Source: Coniocarpon cinnabarinum (taxonomy: Eukaryota). Taken from it: a DNA stretch of 64,000 bases. The position numbers and the translations under genes are program-made. A model generated the notes under the pieces. It had not been told where the DNA came from. It ran no database searches and saw nothing but the letters and a program-made list of their open reading frames with translations. Positions 1 to 12,214 of this stretch are shown in pieces. The DNA lies in contig JAVECO010000098.1 of the NCBI GenBank assembly GCA_051942205.1, positions 1 to 64,000 on the forward strand. The letters are read 5' to 3'. Each line of letters opens with the position of its first letter. The first letter of the stretch is position 1.

Positions 1-310
1 CCCTTCCCACCCTTTGGGGGGCTGGTCTGCGACGGAGTGGGGGGCGGGTCCGCTGGGCCAGTGAGCACGGTGAAGCCAGAAGGCAACCTAACGCGAACGC
101 GTGCGCAGGAGGAAGCCCATCGCCCATCGAGCCCACCGCACCAAGCTCTTCTCGAGCAGCATCGTAAGCCCGTCACGCCACTCTCCGGCAGGCATCGTCC
201 AGCTAGCGGCAGCCGTGTTGGACTCTAGCGCGCGCGGCCGGCCTCTCCAGCGACGTGACTCAGCCCCTGGTGGGCGTGTCGTGGTGCTGCTGGTCGGTGC
301 TGCTGGTGGG

Positions 311-340
<30 letters not shown>
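311..340. repeat. (TGC)10 trinucleotide microsatellite (poly-Gln on minus strand)
   Basis: tgctgctgc... run of 30 nt. A shorter copy with the same flank ctccagcacgg recurs at about 525-548. Confidence 0.9.
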
Positions 341-344
<4 letters not shown>

Positions 345-1713
345 GCACGGTGAGGGCATTAATTTGGTGGCTGTCAGCATCTGGCACTAGCCGGCGTGGG
401 CGGCAGTGAGTCGCAGTGGCGCCCCTGGACATTCATCCTCTGCTGATTGGCCGCCAGCTCGCAACCAGCCCGTTCCCGGTGAGATGAGGGTTGGGACGGC
501 CTCTGCCTCGTCCTCGTCCTCGTCCTGCTGCTGCTGCTCCAGCACGGCGTTTGGGCGTGCGCTGTTGGCTGATGCTCCTGCTGGCCCGAGCTGCCGAGGG
601 CAGAGTAAGAGCCCCATCAGCGGCTTGTATGCAACGCCGTTTGCTGATCCGATCTTCTGATTGGCTGTCGAGCTGCCCATTTTTGCGCATCGTGATGCAG
701 AGCTCTGCAGAAAAGAAAATTTCTGACTCTGTCCAGGCACTAGGACGATCCCAGACGCTGCCATGACTCTGCGCTTGCATGTCGCAGTGGGGCCCGCTGG
801 GGGCTTCTCGAACGCATCCTCGCTCCCTCCTGCAGGCGTGGGTATCCGCTTTAGCTCTGGCCCGAGACTGCAGCATCTGGAAATTTGCGCAATACGTCGC
901 GCGCGTCCCAAACGTACCAGTGGCGCTCTCGATATTGAATCAAGGCTTATAGTGTGCTGCATGATGCTCCCGTGCAGCGTCGCGCCGGAGCTTGATTGCT
1001 AGCCGTCGTCGGGCGTTGGGAGAACGCTGACCCTCGCATCCCCGCAGGCGGAAGATTCGTGGCACTGGGCCAGAGTTTGGGGACTTGACCGCCTGTTGGA
1101 GCGACAGGCGATCGACGGTGAGCGTGTGCAGTGCCTGTCCTACTGGCCGACCGTTGCGTACCAAACGGAGCTGGACGGTGGGACACAGGATGGCCATGTG
1201 TGACGTGACTCGCCGGGTTGTTTCGAGAGCTTGTCGCAGGGACGCTGCCTGCCCCCAGCATGGCAGGCAGATATGCACATTCACCGCGCACCGCAGCAGC
1301 AGCGACGACGATGTGTGGTGCACCAGTCATGCAGGCTCGGCCACAAACGGCGTCGCGTGAAAAGTCTGTTGCGGCACAGGCAGGTCGAGCAGAGGGGCGA
1401 TATCGTCAGGGGGAACCATGGCCGTGTGCATAAGCCGCCGCCGCCTGAGGGAGGCCTGAGGGGAAACGCTGCTGCGCCCGGCGAGCAGAGCGACGTGCTG
1501 GGGATCGGCGCTTGCCCGAAAGGATGGGGCGGTGGGGTTGGGCCGGGCAGCGTGCGACGAGCTCCGTGTCAGTGGCCAGAGGCGAGAGCGTAAGGTACCT
1601 TAGGTAGGTAAAGTTTGAAGTGGTTGGAGTGACCAGGCACGCCGTCGGTGGTGTGGGGGCTAGCGAGACCCGCAACGCCGCCTGAGGGCCCGTGCTCGAG
1701 GCTCTGGGCATCC

Positions 1714-2376
1714 ATGGATGCGATCAATGAGCGCAACGCAACAGAGCGTGGAGCTCCCTCGCGACCAGAGAGCAATCCGCCTCCTCCCCTTCTTGGCCTG
1801 CCCGACCCTGCCTTGACCTCATCCCTCGTCACGGCCGATCACTCGCTCGCCCTCTGCTCCAGTCAGCATGCTTCCATGCCGAATATACTGCGGCCCCTCC
1901 TGCTGGAAGATCTCGTCCTGCATCATCCACTCTTTCCGGCAGACGCTTCGTCGTCAAGAACGCTCCGGATGCGGCAATCTGCGCTGTACGACCTCCCTCG
2001 ACTGCGCGTCAGCGTCACATATGTCATCCTCTGTGTCTCGGTCTTTTCCTGTCTCTGGCGCCTCATTGGCTCAAGGCCCGCCATGACTGAGTCCCTCTGA
2101 CGCAGGGTGCTATGCGCTCCCAGGCTTAATCGTCAGATCTGGGTGATCCGACATCGCCTCATCAGTGCATCATGCTTTGTGTCTTTCTTCTGGCCATGCG
2201 GGAGGGCTACCGGCTTCTACAACGGCGTGTCAGTGACGGCAGTGAGCCGGGGTGACTTGGTGCACGTTCGCGCTGCTCCTCGCTTGCACACGGCGCGCGT
2301 GACTCTGTCTTCCTTGACCGGCTGCGCCAATGCCGGGCGGGCTCATTATTGCGGCTGCCTCAATTTGATTGACTGA
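1714..2376 (+). pseudogene. possible decayed F-box-like protein gene
   Basis: MDAINER...PPPLLGLPDPALTSSL...RPLLLEDLVLH resembles the fungal F-box N-terminal pattern (LLxLPxE...RPLLY). The ORF stops at 2100 and only short fragments follow. Confidence 0.25.
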
Positions 2377-3219
2377 TTGCTTGTCACAACACAAACGCCC
2401 CCTTCCATCACTAACACATGGCTGACCCACACGCAACATGCGAGGGCTTGTTTTGCGTGCTATCAGGTGGCAGTCATTTGGCGACGCTGGTTCCGCCGGC
2501 GCTTCATGCTTGCATCAGCCATTGTTAACTTCCGTAAAAACCTCAAGTGTTTGTGCTCCTGGATCTGTCGATGGGTCCAGACCGCAGCCCCTTCGCCTGC
2601 GCCGTTACTTGTGATGGCTTGTCCGGCAAGGTCCAACCCGTTTGTTTGAGACTTCGAACGCATCATTACTGATCAGCACGAGCCCCCGCCTTGGCGTGTG
2701 GCTGTTTGTCAAAACTCTGCAAGTTAGAGTAAAGCAAGCATCATCTCTGCAGCTGGGGTAGGCCTCATTGTGGAAAGCCATCGCGTGAGAACGGAGCTCT
2801 ACCTACTGGCCCCACCGCGACTCCATCCATATGTGTGTGACTGACCTGCTTGTACCATACCTTCGGATAGGCAAGACCCCACAGCAGTACGTGTGAGCAA
2901 CATCGTCCTCATGCGCTCGATCATGTATCGACTACCGGGATTCTGCTGGCTGCAATGATATTTGCGGCTTGAACATCAATCTTACCGCTCTTGGAAAGCA
3001 CATCGATGAATCTGTAGTAAGATCATCCTCCTCGAGGCTAGTATGCGTGAGTGTGTGGACCGTCGATACATTGCGTACCGATGCATCCCGGAATGATCGC
3101 GATTAAAATTCGCGATCTGTCTTGCTCGTCTCGTGACCATTTGGAGCATTTCACGCTGCGCACTGGTGGAGTCCAAAGCTGGCTTTCGTCCACCGGCTTA
3201 CTTCACGCATACGCGCAAA

Positions 3220-4188
3220 TTATTTTCTGGTTGGGTGCCTGAACACGAGCTTGGCATTTTCAATGCGCCACGATCTTGTCACGTGCGCAATGTGGCGTGC
3301 CTCCCTCTCTTCCCTATTCGACCAACTCAGATCAAGAACCTTTTCAACGTAGCCGAGCTCGGCGGCGAAATAGCCTCGTTGAAGACATACCACTGCTGTA
3401 CTGGTGAGGCGTTCCTCTAATGGGCGCAGTAAAATTTGTTCGTTCCGGCTCAGATAGACCTTGCATCGGTGAAATGCAAGCACATCGACGTGTATGGCGG
3501 CCCGCAATACGGCGCGGATGTGATGACCGCGAGCCTCTTGTGGTGGTGGCTTGCTTGCTGCCTGCTGAGAGCTCTGATGTGACGGAGACCGATCCTCGGA
3601 TGTGAAAAGCTTATGGCGCCACGCAGTCTCCCAAGCCTCCCTCAACGCGTTTTGGCGTCCCGCAACATCTAGGACTGCATACGCGGCCAACTCCTCACGC
3701 TGTGACTCGGTAAATCGGCAATCGTGGTCCAGAACGCGCAAAGCATGAAGCAATGCTGGGTAGTATGCTTCGTGGTGCTCTACGGAAATTGTCGACCGGA
3801 TGATGAAGAGATATGCGCTGTTTGTGAACGAGTCGAATCTTTTGGTGGCCACCAAAGATTCTCGCAACTTTCTCATAGCACTCAATAGAATTGTCAGCTC
3901 CTGCTGTGATTTTTCGTCAAGCTGGGCTGTATCTTCCCCCCCTCGTATGGCAAAGCGTTGAAGGTTGCTGACGACTGTATCGAGGCTCGCATTCTCACCT
4001 CCTGTTGTTTCTACGTGAGGCGGATGTATGCCCAGATTCATAGAGCGACTCAGAAGCAATTGAAAATACTGTTCTTGAGCCTTAGGATGTGTGAGACCGC
4101 TCTCGCCCTTTGACGGCAAGCCGATGCATTCAAGAGGGTCTTGTTTTACTGGCTTTAGACGTAGGTGTGACTTATGATGCAGTGTCAT
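3220..4188 (-). CDS. conserved fungal protein, probable CSN8/PSMD8/eIF3K (PCI-like) domain
   Basis: Uninterrupted ORF with motifs RLKPVxxDPLExxGLPSKGE, LLSAMRKLRESLVAT and HHEAYYPALLHAL, typical of this fungal family. Start taken at MTLHHK (4188). Confidence 0.65.
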   Translation of the reverse strand: MTLHHKSHLRLKPVKQDPLECIGLPSKGESGLTHPKAQEQYFQLLLSRSMNLGIHPPHVETTGGENASLDTVVSNLQRFAIRGGEDTAQLDEKSQQELTILLSAMRKLRESLVATKRFDSFTNSAYLFIIRSTISVEHHEAYYPALLHALRVLDHDCRFTESQREELAAYAVLDVAGRQNALREAWETAWRHKLFTSEDRSPSHQSSQQAASKPPPQEARGHHIRAVLRAAIHVDVLAFHRCKVYLSRNEQILLRPLEERLTSTAVVCLQRGYFAAELGYVEKVLDLSWSNREEREARHIAHVTRSWRIENAKLVFRHPTRK

Positions 4189-4421
4189 TCCATAGGAGGT
4201 GGGAATGAAACTTTCAACACTGTTTGAATGAGCTGTGGCAAAAATCGAAGCTAGACTGGGGTTTGAATGTATAGCAAATTTGAATGTATATATCGTACAA
4301 TTCAATTATGGTCTTTGAGATCGCTGGCCGTTCATACAACAAGGAACGATTCCCCGCACCCAAACTCCGCGCTCGAAATACAGCACGATCTCAACCCTGC
4401 CCACCCATGACTTTTGCTCTC

Positions 4422-5564
4422 CTACACTTGTGGCAAACGAGAAAGGTCGCCCTTGCCCTCGCCCAGCCACTCTGGAAGTATGACTCGATCTTTCTCCTCC
4501 ATTAACTTGCGATAAGCACCCTTAATTGTGCTGTCGTTCACTCCTGCCTCCTTTGCCACTTCTTTAAGCGAACGGATGTCGCCAGTCAGGTGACAAGCCG
4601 TGAAGATGCAAGCACCTGCAGTGGTGTTGGGGTTTCTGCCGTCCAAAGTACCGACTTCCGCAACGTGGTCTGCTATCTTGCGTGCAAGGTTGTTCGTGTG
4701 TCTCTGAAGTTGCAGCTGGGAGCTGTACCGACTCGTCATGGTAGAAGCAGATGTTGCCACGATCGTTTCCTCCTGGGCGTCGAACTTACCCGCTCCAGAA
4801 CTAGCTGGTGCTGTCAAATTTGCTAGGTGACATGATTAGAGACTCTTTCCTGAGTTAGACAAACGTTTAAGCAAGAGCTTACCTCGGAAAGCCTCCTTTA
4901 AGGATTTGAAAGCTCTCGAGATATCTCGCTTGCTTACGCCGCTCATCATCATCATGGTGTCATAGCTGATCCCGTTCTTGTTCTTGCGCGTAGCGGAGAG
5001 GATGCATGCCAACTTGATTGCATCCTGATTCTTGCCACGCAGCTGCGGGGCTGCGTGAAACTTCCGGAACAAATCACTTGCCTTCTGCTCGGTGGTGTTG
5101 GGCAGATGCAGTGAATTGCAATATTGTCGAATGACACTATAGGCCGACTCCAAATGTTGTTGCCCTGCGTCTTTATAAATTGAAGCTTGTGCGCGGTCAA
5201 GAGCACGGTCACGCATGCCGGAAGCATTGAAGCTGATGGAGGTTTGCAGATGGTCGCCGGGATTGTTGGGATCTTCAGCTTTACCTACACGACTGGGGTC
5301 GTCGCCCTTGCCGTCATCGGATGCGAAAGTTCGCCACTCGCTGCGTTGGTCAACGAGGTGTGTTTCCAACACCAACCCACACGTTGCACAGACGGTATTG
5401 CCCTCCTGCCAATCCTCCATAATGTTCGGCGGCAACTCTTGACAGTCAGGACACATCATGGCTCTGTTGAGGTTCAGTTTCCATGCCTCATCTTGAGGTT
5501 CTGGAACGGGTTCAACAACCACCTGTCCCGGCGACAGCATAGCAGGATGGGCCGCGGCCATCAT
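4422..5564 (-). CDS. SUA7: transcription initiation factor TFIIB
   Basis: Zn ribbon CPDC...CATCG, B-reader EWRTF..DPSRVG, cyclin repeats (GRNPNTTAGACIF). Start context gccaccATG. One GT-AG intron 4823-4882 joins the two ORFs in frame. Confidence 0.95.
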
Positions 5565-5977
5565 GGTGGCCAGATTGAGGTCTGAGAAGTAGCGACAAGC
5601 GAGCGGAACGGAGCTTGCCGCTCGTGTGACGCAGGCTCTGCTTTTTGCGGTGCAGCGGAGGGGAAGAAAGTTAGCGCAAATCAAGATCAGAGAGCTCAGA
5701 CCAGTGAAGGTTTCCGCAAAGCTGACGCTGTTTGCAGAGGTGTCTCTGAGACCCGCGATGGCTAAATGGATGAAGCAGAAGGTTGGAGAAGGGAAGAGGA
5801 AAGTGAAGGCGGACTCGGCTTTGTCGCAGGCAGAAGTTTCAGGTGAGTGTCAGAGCGTTTCCCATATTTCTACATTAGGAAATCATGTATAGTACCACCA
5901 AGTTCTGACTTGAGAGGTTCTGCGTGCATGCCCTGAGACAAAGTAGAGCTCCAGCAAGCTGTGCAAGGGACGCCAAA

Positions 5978-6522
5978 ATGTTGTCGAGAACACTGCAAGT
6001 CACCGTACGTGCTCATTCAAATAGTGATAGGCACCAGGAACCTTGCCACTCGAATCTGACCACTCTATCAGTGCTCTTCTGCTGCGCGCACCCTTTCAAG
6101 ACGAGCTCCGACTTCGCTAGCCCGTCCTCTCTCAACATGTGCCATTAGACAAGGTGATTTCCTCCACCAACTGTCTATCATGCGCAGGAGCTGCCTCTGA
6201 CGTTCTTCATTGCTCGGCAGCCGACCCAGTGCAGGACATTTATCTGAAGCATCTCCGTGACTACAAGCCCCCAGCCCCAAAACCTGGCGACGCAGAGCAG
6301 CACGTCCACAAATTCGCGTCCCCGTCAGGATTCCAGTCCCCCGAAGAGCCGAACCTAGCGAACGAGCTGTCGGCGTATCAGAGTCAAGCGGTCGAAGTTG
6401 AGGGTCAGGGTGAATCTGCGGCAAGTGGCGAGCAGCAGGCAAAAGCGAATGAACCCGACTGGTTTGAGCAGGAGGAGGATTTTGAAGCGGAGGACGAGCA
6501 AGCATCGGGAGGCGGCCATTGA
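5978..6522 (+). CDS. ATP14: mitochondrial ATP synthase subunit h
   Basis: Presequence MLSRTLQVT...; introns 6005-6071 and 6154-6220; mature part DPVQDIYLKHLRDYKPPAPKPGDAEQHVHKF with acidic tail. Confidence 0.9.
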
Positions 6523-6848
6523 CGAGTCTTTGGCGCGCCGGCTGAATTATACTCGTTAAACTAGACTCGCCGCAGTTACCAAGGCTACCACATGTGTGAA
6601 TAGAAAGCATCAGAACGAGGAATCTCAGTGTGTTGTCTTTTGAATTACGCAAGTATCTAATCTGTGCTCTGGCCATTTCATCAGGTCGTATTTCCAAACA
6701 TGATCTATCATCACGAACACAATACAATTGCGCCAATGCAACTGATCCAGTAATACTTATACAGGGTATTTTTTTTGAGAAAGATAGAGCCTCCCATATA
6801 CTGCATTATGCAACAACACGAGCCCGCCGAGGACCGTACAAATGGCAC

Positions 6849-9800
6849 CTAGCCTGGCCTGCGAAACGGTTCAACACCCAGTTCAGGCGTCTCTATTTGT
6901 CGGTTGCTTGGCACACCCTCGCTGCGTCTGCGCTCGAAGAAATTTTGACACTCGTTGACGACCCACGTCCATTCGGCAAGTGAGCGTCCTGCATATCGCA
7001 CATGAGCTGCGTACTTGCTGGGTATCTCGCAAGCTTGACAATCGTCCTTGAAGTCGGGAAGAGATTGCAGGAGCAGGTGTGCTGCAAGCGGAAGACGAGG
7101 GGCCTCGAGAACCAGGTCAGAAGTCGAGTTTTCGGGGCCACGATCTACTGCTTCGAGTGAAAACTTGAAATCAGCCGGTATAAAATGTTGGTACTTCTTC
7201 GGCGACGTAGCTGAGCTTGCCTCCTTAGGACTTCGCTCCGGTGTTGATTGTGACGGCCGTTGCTCATACATTGACGAACGGGCACCATTGCGCTCTGGCG
7301 ATGTGCAGCCAGGATTTTGATGTCCCTTGAGGGTAGAGGCGACCGACTTGTCGTCTCCTCGCGGACTTTGGAGGCGGGGAGATCCCTCGTTTGTGCGCGA
7401 GCCCCACCAGGATCGAAGTATGCTGCCTCTTTTCCGTGAGATATCAACGCCATACTCGAATGTAGCTGATACCCTCTCGAGTATTGAGCTTGCGGGCGCG
7501 ATGCCACTTGAGTTGCCGGCCTCCGTTGGTGGCGAGTGAATGCCATTCGTGTCGTTGGACGCGGAAAGCATGTCGTTGAAAGAGAGCAGAGACGTCGCAG
7601 CTTGTGTGTCCACCCGTATTATGAGGAGCTTTCGGCCCGGAGCTGGATTGCAAGGCGCTGTCGAGGGCCTCAGCACATTATTGCGCCGAGCTTTCTCATC
7701 GAGGTGCTTGTAATACGCCCATACTTTCTGCAGCCTCTGTAAGAGCACATGCAAGACTGCAACGTCGTTATCTGTGGCATCACCGTCATAGCGACTCAAG
7801 CGCCAGCAAACGAGGCGCATGTAATAGGCACGGACCATGGGACACCAGTGATTGAATGTGCGCATGAAGTGCTCTTCTTCAAGCAGAAAGTCGAAGCACA
7901 TCGCATCTCGCCAGGTACCTGCGTCCAGCACACTCTCCCAAATGGTGAAGATCAATGAGTAAAGCCTGATTTCTGTGGTGGTATTTTCACTTTTGACCAT
8001 TTGCTTGAAGATTGTGACGACAAATGGCCACTGCAGCGGACTTTCGCACAAAGAGGCATCTTGCTGTAAAGGCGTGATGACAGTCAATGCCTCTTGCAAG
8101 AAATCGCAGATTGTGAAACAAGCCGACTGATCATACAGTGAGGTCGAGCAGACGGCAGCTTGCATGACCTGACGGAAAGATAATGCCAAAGTCGATGCCA
8201 GCGCTGAGGCTGTACCGTGGTTGTCCGCCACCAAGTCCCGCAGAATCATGACGAAACGATTGTCTGACATCGCACGAGCAGCGTTGAGCGGCGAAGACGG
8301 CATGGCTGCTCCAGCTGCCGCATCTGCACTGAACATGTCCTCGAAAGTGACTTGAGAGTTGACACCAGAAGCATTTGCTTCATCTAAAGCAGACTGACGA
8401 TGTATGGTCGAATCCAAGTTGCGAAGCATTTGCGTTTGGACGAGAAGGAGACCTGGTGAAGCAAGCCGAAGCTCTGGTGAAGAATCTGGGGGGATGAACT
8501 CAAGTAGAAGGGAATGGTAATCTCGAACAAATGTGTAGAACAGTTCGCTGTCCTTACCAGACCAACGACTTAGCCAATGCCCCTGCCATTTGATCTGATC
8601 GACACCCAAGGGAAGAAGCGGTGTTCGGCGTAACTGCTTCGAGATGCCTTTGACTGACGTGAAAATAAGGGAGTGAGTACAAGCAGGAAAGTTCAACGCC
8701 GTGAGCTCAGCGGCTGGCTTCAAGCTCTGAAGGTCCTTAACATCGGACGCTCTGAGAATCTTTAATAGATCGCTGGGAAGAATGTCCCATAGCTGGACTA
8801 GTACATTCGCAATTCCGGGGCAGAAAAAGAAAGCGTAAGCACACGCCTTACCACAAAAAGAGACCAGACTGGCAGGCGCATGTTTCAAGGACATCCTGTC
8901 GACAACGTACACCATTTGGGAGAAGAGGTATTGGACGAAAGAATTTCGTACATTGTGATGCACAGACTCAAGCAGGAACCCATCGGAGCCTACAGAGGCA
9001 GTCGACTCGGGCCGGGGGTAACTGGGTGCTTTTGCGCGAGCCGTTAAGGGTGCGAACGGGGAAGGCGGATAGCGCCACTCCATACGCTCCATGATTCTCG
9101 ACATAGCCTCAAGAATCACCGGCCGGTCAGATCCAGAAAGGCTGCTGTTACCCTGACCTTGCATGAGCCCCATGAGGCCACTCCACCATTTGCCCAGTAT
9201 TCCGATCCTCCTGTCAATGTCTTCTGGTCGTAGCACATAGTTTGAAGGGTGCTCTGCGTGATTACGAAGGAAGGGCAGTAGAGTCGATCGGACAACGTTG
9301 GCCTTCAAAGCGGTCGATTTGCTTTGAAACTTGGCAAAATCGGAGTCCAAAGCCCGGAATACCGACCACAGGTCATCTGTCCGCTTTGAAGAACGTTCTT
9401 GACCGACGGCGCTGTTACCTGAACCGATGTTGATAGGCAAAGGTGGGACGGCAGGCGTTTCGCCGGTCGTAGTCGCAAGTGAGGGGATACTACTATTGGA
9501 AAAAGACTTCAACAAGGGTGTGGCAGGTTTCTTCGTAGTTTCGACCACAGATCCATTTGTCGTTTCAGCAGGTTTTTCGTTCGAGGTGGTAACAAATGTC
9601 TTCGCAGATCTCTTGCTCAGTTTGCTTCGACCTCTTGATATAGAACGCGCTATGCTTTTCTCATCCTTGTGCGCTTCTTCCTGGGCCTTGGGAACTCTAG
9701 TGCTGGTCTCCCGACTGAAAAATCTGCCTGCCCTGGTGGTCGCTGAGGCGATTGGCGTTGTGCTTATCTGACCATTCTGTGGGTCGTTTGATGATTTTTC

Positions 9801-10379
9801 AGGGGATCGGGACGCCTCTCGAGCTTGCTTTGTCTTGCGCGCGAATGACAAGCTCTTTGTCAACTTCGTCCTCGAAAAGGTTTCTGCATCGGAGGGAGAC
9901 GCCGGATCTTCTTTTCCCGGTGCCTTCATAGGAAGCGCGGGCTGAGAAGGGCGATTGTCAGTCGCAGTTGAGGGTGGCGGATTGCCCCGTGTGGCCTGTG
10001 CCTGGACGAGCACAGTCCGTTGAACGGTGATCCTCGAGTCTGGAGACGTGTGAGGAGGTTTGCTGTAGACGTGGGCCGGCGACTTGCGTGCTTCCGGCCC
10101 ATGAAGCGCCGTGCGCAAGTCGTCCTGGCTCGAGGGGTCGGACCAGCTTGTCTTGGTCGGAACCAGATCATCTTCAGAGAAGGTGAAGGGAGCGTCAGCA
10201 GGCTCTGGGGCTTGTGGAAGGCTAGTGAAGCTGGCAGGACGGGGCAGCTCTTCTGGCACGGGTGGAGGAGAAACACGAGGGGATGCTTCCATCACCGGCG
10301 AGCAGGCCAGATTACCGCGAACATGCTGGTGGTCGGCGTGATGCTGAGAGCGTGGGAGCAGAACATCTTCCAGCTCCAT
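6849..10379 (-). CDS. DUF1765 family protein (disordered N-terminus, conserved helical core)
   Basis: 1176-aa ORF with DDLWSVFRALDSDF..KANVVRSTLLPFL, FCGKACAYAFFFCPGIA, FNHWCPMVRAYYMRL and YAGRSLAEW motifs. Confidence 0.85.
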   Translation of the reverse strand: MELEDVLLPRSQHHADHQHVRGNLACSPVMEASPRVSPPPVPEELPRPASFTSLPQAPEPADAPFTFSEDDLVPTKTSWSDPSSQDDLRTALHGPEARKSPAHVYSKPPHTSPDSRITVQRTVLVQAQATRGNPPPSTATDNRPSQPALPMKAPGKEDPASPSDAETFSRTKLTKSLSFARKTKQAREASRSPEKSSNDPQNGQISTTPIASATTRAGRFFSRETSTRVPKAQEEAHKDEKSIARSISRGRSKLSKRSAKTFVTTSNEKPAETTNGSVVETTKKPATPLLKSFSNSSIPSLATTTGETPAVPPLPINIGSGNSAVGQERSSKRTDDLWSVFRALDSDFAKFQSKSTALKANVVRSTLLPFLRNHAEHPSNYVLRPEDIDRRIGILGKWWSGLMGLMQGQGNSSLSGSDRPVILEAMSRIMERMEWRYPPSPFAPLTARAKAPSYPRPESTASVGSDGFLLESVHHNVRNSFVQYLFSQMVYVVDRMSLKHAPASLVSFCGKACAYAFFFCPGIANVLVQLWDILPSDLLKILRASDVKDLQSLKPAAELTALNFPACTHSLIFTSVKGISKQLRRTPLLPLGVDQIKWQGHWLSRWSGKDSELFYTFVRDYHSLLLEFIPPDSSPELRLASPGLLLVQTQMLRNLDSTIHRQSALDEANASGVNSQVTFEDMFSADAAAGAAMPSSPLNAARAMSDNRFVMILRDLVADNHGTASALASTLALSFRQVMQAAVCSTSLYDQSACFTICDFLQEALTVITPLQQDASLCESPLQWPFVVTIFKQMVKSENTTTEIRLYSLIFTIWESVLDAGTWRDAMCFDFLLEEEHFMRTFNHWCPMVRAYYMRLVCWRLSRYDGDATDNDVAVLHVLLQRLQKVWAYYKHLDEKARRNNVLRPSTAPCNPAPGRKLLIIRVDTQAATSLLSFNDMLSASNDTNGIHSPPTEAGNSSGIAPASSILERVSATFEYGVDISRKRGSILRSWWGSRTNEGSPRLQSPRGDDKSVASTLKGHQNPGCTSPERNGARSSMYEQRPSQSTPERSPKEASSATSPKKYQHFIPADFKFSLEAVDRGPENSTSDLVLEAPRLPLAAHLLLQSLPDFKDDCQACEIPSKYAAHVRYAGRSLAEWTWVVNECQNFFERRRSEGVPSNRQIETPELGVEPFRRPG

Positions 10380-12214
10380 GAGGCTGCGGTCGAGAGCAAG
10401 GGCGGTCGATCATGTGAGCCAGGAGGGACAGCTGCTACGAGGACAAGGAACGTGATGGAAAGTGAGCCATGGACCGAGGTGGCGGTGAGGTGCAGCGCGA
10501 CGCAGCAAGGGCGCAAATGCCGTGGATGACAGTGGAGTGGATTGCTGAGTGGTGATGGAATGCTCAAGCCAAGCGCCCGCGCGAATGGCAAATGACACTA
10601 GCTGCGCTGGATCGCCTGGCGTTGGCAACGTCACTGCCGGGCGGTGGAGGGTCCTTGAGACAAATGGGCGGGTGAGTCGGACCCGGCGGAGAACGGTGAG
10701 GAGAGTCAGGGTTCGAGGGGTATAGCGGAAGCAGAATACAAGAGGACTACGTTGAGGATGCAGATGGATGAGCGGTGGTGCTATACTCTGTGGGTAGGTA
10801 GGTAATATGCAGGCGTGAGGACGATGCGCTACGTCGATATAATTGAATGGAAGTCTGGGTGATGCGTCATGGTAGATCTGGCACCGCAAAGCCAATCCGC
10901 TACCCTGGCACCCTGGCTCTCTGTTTCCGCTCCCGATCTGTGGTGGAAGTAAAAGTACCTACAGAGCTCGGACCTTCGGACCGTGCACGCCCCCTCAACC
11001 GTCCAATCGCCGCCTTGGCCGTTCTTCAGCCTGGTCGCGTATTAATATATGCACAATGACCCACTCCGGCGCATAGCCCAGCATGCGATGTATGTCGCCA
11101 CTCATCATAGTGGCAGCATGTCTTGCACGACTTCCCATCTCTACAAGTACCGCATACAAGGATTTTGATAAGGAGCATATCTCCGAATGGGTTGACCTCT
11201 TCGATCGTGGTACAGTTGCGTTCAGGACGTGTTGCGCTTGGGCCGCGTAGGGGATTAGCAGGCGAGGATCCATCAGCTTTGTAGCAGACAATATCAAGTG
11301 CAGGTACCACGAGATCGTCTTAGAGACCACAGAGCATGATACGGTTTTTCAACGTCCGTGATGTGCTTGAAAGAAGTGTTGTTGTCCTGGAGCTAGACCG
11401 TCAGCTCGGTTGTACTGAGTAGCTGCCGCATGTCAGGAGAAGTCTAGATGTGTGCTACGTCTCAATAGCCGCTGATCCTAGGTCAGGCATCGACCTACCT
11501 ACCGTAAAAGCAAGATGACAATGATACTTGCTCACGAGCCCGATGCTAGAGGTGTTTGCCGCCGCGCCGGTGAGACCTTCTGACACTTGAATGGTTGCAG
11601 AACCTTCCAGCGCACGCGTCTGCTAGTCTGGACAGGCTGCAGGCACGTTGGACTGCAATGGGCCACTACTGCAGTCCCACACTCCATCTCCGCAGAGGCT
11701 GCAATACTCTGAACCGAATCTGTATTTGTCTCAGTACCCGGAAGCATGTCAGATGACGCGAAAGCGTGCGGGAGGACACTTTTATCTTGCTTGCAATCCT
11801 GATCTGAGTGCTAGGTAGACGAGAAACATCAACAGTAATAGAGCTGTTCTTGACACATTCGTGTGGTACTCCGCAGGTCGACGGTAGCGCACGGACCACA
11901 TGATCTGCACTAGCGCTGGGGCTAGCCTACCGAGTGGCTGGTATCCCGCCTCGTCTCTTCTCCAGCCATCTCTCTTCACTCCAGCAACCTCGTCACCCTG
12001 CACGACCGGCCATTGGACTTTTGTCGACCAAGCCACGCTCTAACATGGAATGCTTTCTCGAGCAAAGAATATCTTGCTTCCGCACTTCAAGACATCCTCT
12101 TTCCATCCCGCACTCTATTCTACAACCTCAAACATCCACTAGTCGTCCTCCCGACCATCATCCCATACGCCAACTGACTTGCATTTCATTCACCCATTTG
12201 ACTCAACAGCTGAT

